The notes beneath the pieces are model-generated. The model saw only the letters and a program-made list of their open reading frames with translations. It did not search any database and was not told the origin of the DNA. Below are positions 1 to 5,344 of a stretch of DNA of 6,902 bases, in pieces; positions within the stretch are counted from its first letter, which is position 1, and every line of letters begins with the position of its first letter. Origin of the DNA: a virus (taxonomy: Duplodnaviria; Heunggongvirae; Uroviricota; Caudoviricetes); the IMG/VR virus record IMGVR_UViG_2671180849_000001. The stretch is one strand, 5' to 3'. A program made the position numbers and the translations under genes.

Positions 1-419
1 ATGAAATCCCGGGAGGTAAACGGGCATTTCAGTTCAAGGCCGTTGCCGTCACTGCATAAACCATCGGGAGAGCAGGCGGTACGCATACTTTCGTCGCGAT
101 AGATGATCGGTGATTCAGTAACATTCACGCCGGAAGTGAACTCAAACAGGGCTCTGGCGTCGTTCTCGTACTGTTTTCCCCAGGCCAGCGCTTTAGCGTT
201 AACTTCCGGAGCCACACCGGTGCAAACCTCAGCAAGCAGGGTGTGGAAGTAGGACATTTTCATGTCAGGCCACTTTTTTCCGGAGCGGGGTTTTGCTATT
301 ACGTTATGAACTTCTGAAGCTGTGATGACGCCGAGCCGTAATTTGTGCCACGCATCATCCCCCTGTTCGACAGCTCTCACGTCGATCCCGGTACGCTGCA
401 GGATAATGTCCGGTGTCAT
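1..419 (-). CDS. exo: Lambda exonuclease (Red-alpha), N-terminal ~139 codons; the 3' end of the gene lies beyond the window start
   Basis: Reverse complement from the ATG at 419..417 translates [60 protein letters not shown]..., matching lambda Exo as I recall it. The start overlaps the bet stop as ATGA, as in lambda. Confidence 0.9.
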   Translation of the reverse strand, partial: MTPDIILQRTGIDVRAVEQGDDAWHKLRLGVITASEVHNVIAKPRSGKKWPDMKMSYFHTLLAEVCTGVAPEVNAKALAWGKQYENDARALFEFTSGVNVTESPIIYRDESMRTACSPDGLCSDGNGLELKCPFTSRDF

Positions 420-1201
420 GCTGCCACCTTCTGCTCTGCGGCTTTCTGTTTCAGGAATCCAAGAGCTTTCACTGCTTCGGCCTGTGTCAGTTCTGACGAT
501 GCGCGAATGTCGCGGCGAAATATCTGGGAACAGAGCGGCAATAAGTCGTCATCCCATGTTTTATCCAGGGCGATCAGCAGAGTGTTAATCTCCTGCATGG
601 TTTCATCGTTTACCGGAGTGATGTCGCGTTCCGGCTGGCGTTCTGCAGTGTATGCGGTATTTTCGACAATGCGCTCGGCTTCATCCTTGTCATAGATACC
701 AGCAAATCCGAAGGCCAGGCGGGCACACTGAATCATGGCTTTATGCCGTAACATCCGTTTGGGATGCGACTGCCACGGCCCCGTGATTTCTCTGCCTTCG
801 CGGGTTTTGAATGGTTCGCGGCGGCATTCATCCATCCATTCGGTAACGCAGATCGGATGATTACGGTCCTTGCGGTAAATACGGCATGTGCAGGATTCGT
901 TGTCCTGTTCAAAGTCCATGCCATCAAACTGCTGGTTTTCATTGATGATGCGGGACCAGCCATCAACGCCCACTACCGGAACGATGCCATTCTGCTTATC
1001 AGGAAAGGCGTAAATTTCTTTCGTCCACGGATTAAGGCCGTACTGGTTGGCAACGATCAGTAATGCGATGAACTGCGCATCGCTGGCATCACCTTTAAAT
1101 GCCGTCTGGCGAAGAGTGGTGATCAGTTCCTGTGGGTCGACAGAATCCATGCCGACACGTTCAGCCAGCTTCCCAGCCAGCGTTGCGAGTGCTGTACTCA
1201 T
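416..1201 (-). CDS. bet: Bet (Red-beta) single-strand annealing recombinase, 261 aa
   Basis: ORF-track protein [64 protein letters not shown]... ends ...[11 protein letters not shown]; recognised as lambda Bet over its full length. Position between gam and exo is as in lambda. Confidence 0.95.
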   Translation of the reverse strand: MSTALATLAGKLAERVGMDSVDPQELITTLRQTAFKGDASDAQFIALLIVANQYGLNPWTKEIYAFPDKQNGIVPVVGVDGWSRIINENQQFDGMDFEQDNESCTCRIYRKDRNHPICVTEWMDECRREPFKTREGREITGPWQSHPKRMLRHKAMIQCARLAFGFAGIYDKDEAERIVENTAYTAERQPERDITPVNDETMQEINTLLIALDKTWDDDLLPLCSQIFRRDIRASSELTQAEAVKALGFLKQKAAEQKVAA

Positions 1202-1206
1202 CCGTT

Positions 1207-1623
1207 TTATACCTCTGAATCAATATCAACCTGGTGGTGAGCAATGGTTTCAACCATGTACCGGATGTGTTCTGCCATGCGCTCCTGAAACTCAACATCG
1301 TCATCAAACGCACGGGTAATGGCTTTTTTGCTGGCCCCGTGGCGTTGCAAATGATCGATGCATAGCGATTCAAACAGGTGCTGGGGCAGGCCTTTTTCCA
1401 TGTCGTCTGCCAGTTCTGCCTCTTTCTCTTCACGGGCGATCTGCTGGTAGTGACGCGCCCAGCTCTGAGCCTCAAGACGATCCTGAATGTAATAAGCGTT
1501 CATGGCCGAACTCCTGAAATAGCTGTGAAAATATCGCCCGCGAAATGCCGGGCTGATTAGGAAAACAGGAAAGGGGGTTAGTGAATGCTTTTGCTTGATC
1601 TCAGTTTCAGTATTAATATCCAT
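1207..1623 (-). CDS. gam: Gam, RecBCD inhibitor, 138 aa
   Basis: ORF-track protein [79 protein letters not shown]... recognised as lambda Gam. A 5-nt gap separates it from the bet start, as in lambda. Confidence 0.95.
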   Translation of the reverse strand: MDINTETEIKQKHSLTPFPVFLISPAFRGRYFHSYFRSSAMNAYYIQDRLEAQSWARHYQQIAREEKEAELADDMEKGLPQHLFESLCIDHLQRHGASKKAITRAFDDDVEFQERMAEHIRYMVETIAHHQVDIDSEV

Positions 1624-1721
1624 TTTTTATAAGCGTCGACGGCCTCACGAAACATCTTTTCATCGCCAATAAAAGTGGCGATAGTGAATTTAGTCTGGAT
1701 AGCCATAAGTGTTTGATCCAT
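1578..1721 (-). CDS. kil: Kil, host cell-division (FtsZ) inhibitor, 47 aa; canonical copy
   Basis: ATG at 1721..1719 gives [47 protein letters not shown]. It overlaps the gam start by 46 nt, the lambda arrangement. It is the C-terminal 47 aa of track ORF 1578..1826. Confidence 0.8.
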   Translation of the reverse strand: MDQTLMAIQTKFTIATFIGDEKMFREAVDAYKKWILILKLRSSKSIH

Positions 1722-1810
1722 TTTTTGGGACTCCTGGCTGATTAAGTATGTCGATAAGGCGTTTCCATCCGTCACGTAATTTACGGGTGATTCGTTCAAG
1801 TAAAGATTCA
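1608..1810. repeat. Tandem direct repeat, unit 1 of 2 (period 203 bp); this copy carries lambda-type sequence
   Basis: Plus-strand cagtattaatatccattttttataagcgtcgacggcctcacgaaacatcttttcatcgccaataaaagtggc... at 1608 recurs at 1811. Identity runs 1608..1809 versus 1811..2012 with five substitutions, all between about 1681 and 1721. Confidence 0.9.
1690..1810 (-). pseudogene. cIII: 5'-truncated second copy of cIII (codons ~15-54, no start codon) left by the duplication
   Basis: Sequence from the junction down to the canonical cIII stop (plus-strand TTA at 1690..1692) encodes ...[37 protein letters not shown] in the cIII frame, but nothing in that frame initiates it. Confidence 0.6.
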
Positions 1811-1924
1811 CAGTATTAATATCCATTTTTTATAAGCGTCGACGGCCTCACGAAACATCTTTTCATCGCCAATAAAAGTGGCAATAGTGAATTTTGTCTG
1901 GATAGCCATAAGTTTTTTATCCAT
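1808..1924 (-). CDS. kil: Second kil allele in the duplicated unit, 38 aa (MDKKLMAIQ...KKWILIL), ending at a TGA created at the duplication junction
   Basis: ATG at 1924..1922, which is the canonical kil start shifted by 203 bp. Relative to copy 1 it has Q3K and T4K and lacks the last 9 residues. It is part of track ORF 1808..2050. Expression is not known. Confidence 0.45.
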   Translation of the reverse strand: MDKKLMAIQTKFTIATFIGDEKMFREAVDAYKKWILIL

Positions 1925-2013
1925 TTTTGGGGACTCCTGGCTGATTAAGTATGTCGATAAGGCGTTTCCATCCGTCACGTAATTTACGGGTGATTCGTTC
2001 AAGTAAAGATTCG
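1811..2013. repeat. Tandem direct repeat, unit 2 of 2; variant copy
   Basis: Same 203-bp unit directly abutting unit 1. It differs from unit 1 by five substitutions (on the plus strand: g>a, a>t, g>t, g>t, t>g) and no indels. Confidence 0.9.
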
Positions 2014-2057
2014 GAAGGGCAGCCAGCAACAGGCCACCCTGCAATGGCATATTGCAT
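1917..2057 (-). CDS. cIII: CIII (inhibitor of FtsH-mediated CII degradation), 46 aa; stops 8 codons early relative to the 54-aa lambda CIII
   Basis: Reverse complement from the ATG at 2057..2055 reads [46 protein letters not shown] then TAA (plus-strand TTA at 1917..1919). AAGGAG Shine-Dalgarno (plus-strand ctcctt at 2064..2069). The stop arises from a tca>taa substitution within the variant repeat copy. Confidence 0.75.
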   Translation of the reverse strand: MQYAIAGWPVAGCPSESLLERITRKLRDGWKRLIDILNQPGVPKNG

Positions 2058-2129
2058 GGTGTGCTCCTTATTTATACATAACGAAAAACGCCTCGAGTGA
2101 AGCGTAATTGGTATGCGGTAACGCCGCGC

Positions 2130-2498
2130 TCAGGCGGCTTTGATAGTCATATCATCTGGATCAAATATTCCTGATGTATCGATATCGGTAATTCTTATTC
2201 CTTCGCTACCATCCATTGGAGGCCATCCTTCCTGACCATTTCCATCATTCCAGTCGAACTCACACACAACACCATATGCATTTAAGTCGCTTGAAATTGC
2301 TATAAGCAGAGCATGTTGCGCCAGCATGATTAATACAGCATTTAATACAGAGCCGTGTTTATTGAGTCGGTATTCAGAGTCTGACCAGAAATTATTAATC
2401 TGGTGAAGTTTTTCCTCTGTCATTACGTCATGGTCGATTTCAATTTCCATTGATGCTTTCCAGTCGTAATCAATGATGTATTTTTTGATGTTTGACAT
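2130..2498 (-). CDS. ea10: Ea10 (lambda Ssb-like early protein), 122 aa
   Basis: ORF-track protein MSNIKKYIIDYDWKASMEIEIDHDVMTEEKLHQINNFWSDSEYRLNKHGSVLNAVLIMLAQHALL... recognised as lambda Ea10. Its offset from gam equals the lambda offset plus 203 bp. Confidence 0.9.
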   Translation of the reverse strand: MSNIKKYIIDYDWKASMEIEIDHDVMTEEKLHQINNFWSDSEYRLNKHGSVLNAVLIMLAQHALLIAISSDLNAYGVVCEFDWNDGNGQEGWPPMDGSEGIRITDIDTSGIFDPDDMTIKAA

Positions 2499-2518
2499 CT
2501 ATTCATATCCTCATAGAT

Positions 2519-2544
2519 AAAAAATCGCCCTCACACTGGAGGGC
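2519..2544 (-). terminator. Rho-independent terminator candidate on the leftward transcript, about 20 nt upstream of ea10 (a tL2-like position)
   Basis: Minus strand reads GCCCTC-cagtgt-GAGGGC (6-bp GC stem, 6-nt loop) followed by gaTTTTTTaT. In lambda, N-modified transcription reads through such sites. Confidence 0.5.
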
Positions 2545-2680
2545 AAAGAAGATTTCCAATAATCAGAACAAGTCGGCTCCTGTTTAGTTACGAGCGACAT
2601 TGCTCCGTGTATTCACTCGTTGGAATGAATACACAGTGCAGTGTTTATTCTGTTATTTATGCCAAAAATAAAGGTCACTA

Positions 2681-2881
2681 TCAGGCAGCTTTGTTGTTCT
2701 GTTTACCAAGTTCTCTGGCAATCATTGCCGTCGTTCGTATTGCCCATTTATCGACATATTTCCCATCTTCCATTACAGGAAACATTTCTTCAGGCTTAAC
2801 CATGCATTCCGATTGCAGCTTGCATCCATTGCATCGCTTGAATTGTCCACACCATTGATTTTTATCAATAGTCGTAGTCAT
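2681..2881 (-). CDS. ral: Ral, restriction alleviation protein, 66 aa
   Basis: ORF-track protein MTTTIDKNQWCGQFKRCNGCKLQSECMVKPEEMFPVMEDGKYVDKWAIRTTAMIARELGKQNNKAA recognised as lambda Ral. Confidence 0.9.
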   Translation of the reverse strand: MTTTIDKNQWCGQFKRCNGCKLQSECMVKPEEMFPVMEDGKYVDKWAIRTTAMIARELGKQNNKAA

Positions 2882-2951
2882 ACGGATAGTCTTGGTATTG
2901 TTCCATCACATCCTGAGGATGCTCTTCGAACTCTTCAAATTCTTCTTCCAT
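2865..2951 (-). CDS. Small acidic ORF (28 aa, MEEEFEEFEEHPQDVMEQYQDYPYDYDY) overlapping the ral start; same position and size as lambda orf28
   Basis: ATG at 2951..2949 preceded by GAGGTG; TGA at 2867..2865. Length and overlap with ral match lambda orf28. It is too short to appear in the ORF track. Confidence 0.55.
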   Translation of the reverse strand: MEEEFEEFEEHPQDVMEQYQDYPYDYDY

Positions 2952-3155
2952 ATATCACCTCAAATAAGTTGTTTGCTGCGAAAGTAAATACGCTTAAGTT
3001 ACCTGTTATTTATCCCACCAAGTTCCGTATCTATCTATCTATCCAGTTACACCAATCATCGACACTCCATTTTGTTGTGTCGCATTTTTGCAACTGGCAT
3101 GAATATCTACCTTCTTTGTAAAGTCGGCGTTTGACTTTCTTGAGCATGGCTCACC

Positions 3156-3497
3156 TCAATCGTAATAAGCTGGAATTGATTTTCCGCGTTGCTTCTGGCG
3201 GCCTGAGCAAGTCACACCCATTTCACTGCGTGGCTTGCGGTAGTAAATACGGTTCTGTTTACGCTCGACTTCTTCTGCCTTCTGGCAGCGAAGGCTTCCG
3301 AGTGATATTGCTTTTTCAGAAAGGCTTAAACGTTTTCTCGGGGCTTCCTGAACAGGTTCCTCACTGTCTGTGCCGAAGATCGAATCGATGATGTTGCATA
3401 TAGCATCACGCTCGATAGCCAGCTTTCTGCGCCGCTCATGACGGCGAGTTTTGGCATTTCCTGCAAATGTTGATTTCCCGTACACGATTACCGTCAT
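3156..3497 (-). CDS. N: N-family transcription antiterminator, 113 aa, with a P22 gene-24-type arginine-rich motif
   Basis: Internal ATG at 3497..3495 of track ORF 3156..3581, preceded by GAGGA. Product starts MTVIVYGKSTFAGNAKTRRHERRRKLAIERDAICNIIDSIFG, matching the P22 N ARM peptide GNAKTRRHERRRKLAIER. The C-terminus ...AEEVERKQNRIYYRKPRSEMGVTCSGRQKQRGKSIP resembles lambda/phage-21 N. P22-type boxB lies upstream. Confidence 0.85.
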   Translation of the reverse strand: MTVIVYGKSTFAGNAKTRRHERRRKLAIERDAICNIIDSIFGTDSEEPVQEAPRKRLSLSEKAISLGSLRCQKAEEVERKQNRIYYRKPRSEMGVTCSGRQKQRGKSIPAYYD

Positions 3498-3616
3498 GAT
3501 GTTTTCCTCATGTGAAATGGCTTTGGGGGTGATGTGCCAGATGCTGATCTTCTGGTTGCTGTCGTTGCAGCTGCAATTCACATCACCGCCAAATCCATCT
3601 CGTTTGGTATCTGTTT

Positions 3617-3651
3617 GCGCTTTGTCAGCGCCCCATCGAAGTTAAAGAGCC
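3617..3651 (-). promoter_or_regulatory. nutL: boxA plus P22-type boxB hairpin
   Basis: Minus strand reads gGCTCTTTAAc (boxA; plus 3641..3651), a 10-nt spacer, then GCGCTGACAAAGCGC (plus 3617..3631). That is a 4-bp stem with a TGACAAA loop, which matches the P22 boxB-left RNA as I recall it. It lies about 120 nt upstream of the N start. Confidence 0.7.
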
Positions 3652-3776
3652 TGCCAATCTGTTCCGTTTGGCTGCCAGCATCCTGCTGACGGCGATAATA
3701 ATGAACTAATAGTTCGATATTATCAAGAACTGCAAGTACGAGATTTTGCAACTCTTTAATTTTATTAGATAAGTTT

Positions 3777-3805
3777 TTGATATGTAATGAAATTTATTTT
3801 TGCAA
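3777..3805 (-). promoter_or_regulatory. Tentative pL promoter (-35 TTGCAA, 17-bp spacer, -10 TATCAA) in the AT-rich region upstream of nutL
   Basis: Best sigma-70-like match on the minus strand between the terminator at 3911..3942 and nutL. The match is weak and a second TTGCAA at 3746..3751 is an alternative -35. The start site is unknown. Confidence 0.25.
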
Positions 3806-3910
3806 AGATTGAAGATTGGTCTGTAGGGGAGAAAGGACTGTATTGCTGGCGTGTTAGTTCGTGGGTTAGCACATATGCGGATGTTAAATAGGGGAGGCGA
3901 ACGTGAGGTA

Positions 3911-3942
3911 AAGAAAACCCGGCGCAGAGGCCGGGTTTTTCT
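3911..3942. terminator. Bidirectional rho-independent terminator immediately downstream of the accessory cassette
   Basis: Plus strand reads aagAAAA-CCCGGC-gcagag-GCCGGG-TTTTTct: a 6-bp GC stem flanked by an A-run on one side and a T-run on the other, so it is terminator-like on both strands. It abuts the stop codon (3941..3943) of the 258-aa gene. Confidence 0.7.
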
Positions 3943-4717
3943 AGGCTACCAGAGAGTCAATCCAAGAGTCTCTGGTATGGAATGGCAACACTCGTGCGGT
4001 ATCATTAAATAGTAGTGATAGTTGCTGTAGCTCAGGTGTTAACCCATCGCTGTCAACTATTACAAATCTATTGTTTATGTCAGGAACGACCTGACTTAAG
4101 TCAACAATCTTCCCAACTGTTGAGTGGGCAGTATTCCATCCTTTACTGCTGGCAAGGCTTACCGTAAACCCGCGTTTTGGTGGTATTAGTCGAGACTCAT
4201 TCCTTAGCGTTAACGGAACAGTAATGTTATGCCCACTAATACCTTTCACTTTTTCCTTTAAGGCTAGTCGCTTCCCAAGCCCTGCTGATTTTAAGTAACT
4301 GATTACACATTTTTCGAACTTATCGTCTTTGACCTCAGCATACCAATCAGCAGTTTGGGCGGATGCAAGAATCCCACCACGAATAACATTTGCAGTTACC
4401 TGTCCAACGGACGACTCATCTGCCCACGCAGATATCTCTCCAGAGTCATTTAATGAAATTCCTTGCGAAGCGAGTGATGACCTGATCAGATCAATTTTCT
4501 TTTTAGTCAGGTGGATGCCGCGTGATTCAATATTCATCAATGTATCGCAGTAGTCTGTAACCCTATACTGACCACTCATCTCTTGAACGAATACGCTTAT
4601 CTGCTCACAATCATCGTAGTATGTGAAGGGACTAATAACGCGCAGCAACGTGTCGCTCATTGGGTGGCATTCAAACCCGAGCTTAGATATGACTGTTGAA
4701 CACGTTACATTTCCCAT
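3941..4717 (-). CDS. Hypothetical protein, 258 aa, no family recognised; downstream gene of the two-gene cassette at the rexAB-equivalent locus
   Basis: Track ORF MGNVTCSTVISKLGFECHPMSDTLLRVISPFTYYDDCEQ.... The ATG at 4717 overlaps the upstream gene by 13 nt (coupled arrangement). An alternative start is the ATG at 4660 (MSDTLL...), which has no clear Shine-Dalgarno. No long hydrophobic segment, no Walker motif. Confidence 0.7.
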   Translation of the reverse strand: MGNVTCSTVISKLGFECHPMSDTLLRVISPFTYYDDCEQISVFVQEMSGQYRVTDYCDTLMNIESRGIHLTKKKIDLIRSSLASQGISLNDSGEISAWADESSVGQVTANVIRGGILASAQTADWYAEVKDDKFEKCVISYLKSAGLGKRLALKEKVKGISGHNITVPLTLRNESRLIPPKRGFTVSLASSKGWNTAHSTVGKIVDLSQVVPDINNRFVIVDSDGLTPELQQLSLLFNDTARVLPFHTRDSWIDSLVA

Positions 4718-5247
4718 GATAGCTGACCTGATTTATCTTGATTCGGTAAAGGTGGGCTGCCTTCATATATGATATTAAGCGCCTCGCAAAAATAATTCCA
4801 GTAGCCAAAAAAATCATCTGGCTTGATGTTCGTTTCAAGCTTGAGTGCAATTTCTTCCCCAGCTGATTCGAAGTACATGTGATAGTGAGGACCTCGAGCC
4901 ACCTCAACAAAATCTGGATGGTGCACTATAGATTTATTACGGTGTGACTTGTTATGCGCAGGGTACGGGTCAAGCGCGTAAATGCGCCTGTCATGAAGAA
5001 ACATCACAAATGAAAGCTTCACTATATCCACCCCTTCAACGATAGGAGAACGCCAGTGAAGCATAAATCTTATGCCTGTGATTGGGTTGCCAATTTCATC
5101 AAAAGCTTTGAGATCCAATTTAAACCAGATTGGGGTTCGTCCCTCACTTCCGGTCCACGAAACTCCGCTAAAAGTTACTTTTTTCAAGCGAGTAATAGCT
5201 TGGTCAACCTCTTTCTGGGTAGGCTTAAAGTCGCCTTTTTTAGCCAC
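4705..5247 (-). CDS. Hypothetical protein, 180 aa, no family recognised; His-rich central segment; upstream gene of the cassette
   Basis: Track ORF; the first codon is GTG (plus-strand cac at 5245..5247), preceded by GGTGAT 9 nt upstream. Product MAKKGDFKPTQKEVDQAITRLKK... contains FLHDRRIYALDPYPAHNKSHRNKSIVHHPDFVEVARGPHYHMYFE. Same strand as cI, directly downstream of it. Confidence 0.7.
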   Translation of the reverse strand: MAKKGDFKPTQKEVDQAITRLKKVTFSGVSWTGSEGRTPIWFKLDLKAFDEIGNPITGIRFMLHWRSPIVEGVDIVKLSFVMFLHDRRIYALDPYPAHNKSHRNKSIVHHPDFVEVARGPHYHMYFESAGEEIALKLETNIKPDDFFGYWNYFCEALNIIYEGSPPLPNQDKSGQLSWEM

Positions 5248-5344
5248 TGATTCGTATCACCATGAAAGTTATTGTTAATACCTATGCTTCTTGTCACCCA
5301 AACGTCTCTTCAGGCCATTGGTTACCAGCTATGTGACGATGAAG

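Noticed and set aside
322-1319. Plus-strand track ORFs 322..588, 345..695, 764..1063 and 1047..1319, and minus-strand ORF 733..966
   Set aside because: All lie antisense to, or out of frame within, exo and bet, which are confidently identified. Their products are low-complexity, Ser/Arg/Cys-rich shadow translations with no ribosome-binding-site context.
1161-1560. Track ORFs 1161..1475 (minus) and 1378..1560 (plus) overlapping gam and bet
   Set aside because: Alternative-frame or antisense shadows of gam; gam itself (1207..1623) is a full-length match to the known protein.
1608-2013. Possibility that the direct repeats are a CRISPR array or an insertion-sequence terminal repeat
   Set aside because: There are only two copies, each 203 bp, directly abutting with no spacer, and the sequence is protein-coding phage sequence (cIII/kil/gam). 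No transposase or cas gene is present.
1808-2050. Track ORF 1808..2050 (80 aa, MPLQGGLLLAALPNLYL...) as a single gene
   Set aside because: It is the kil reading frame extended upstream through cIII from an internal ATG. The real units here are cIII (1917..2057, a different frame, with a proper AAGGAG ribosome-binding site) and the kil allele (1808..1924).
2607-3121. Plus-strand track ORFs 2607..2858 and 2813..3121
   Set aside because: Antisense to ral and orf28 on the leftward operon; no homology recognised and no promoter context. Treated as chance ORFs.
3131-3645. Plus-strand ORFs 3131..3391 and 3451..3645, and the longer N start at 3581 (MNCSCNDSNQ...)
   Set aside because: The plus-strand ORFs are antisense to N. 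For N itself, the ATG at 3497 has a GAGGA ribosome-binding site and puts the arginine-rich motif at the N-terminus as in known N proteins; the 28-residue extension from 3581 has no ribosome-binding site and no counterpart in N proteins.
3941-5247. Calling the cassette genes rexA / rexB
   Set aside because: Only the position matches. The sizes (180 and 258 aa versus about 279 and 144 aa) and sequences do not resemble Rex as I recall it, and neither protein has the hydrophobic membrane-spanning segments expected of RexB.
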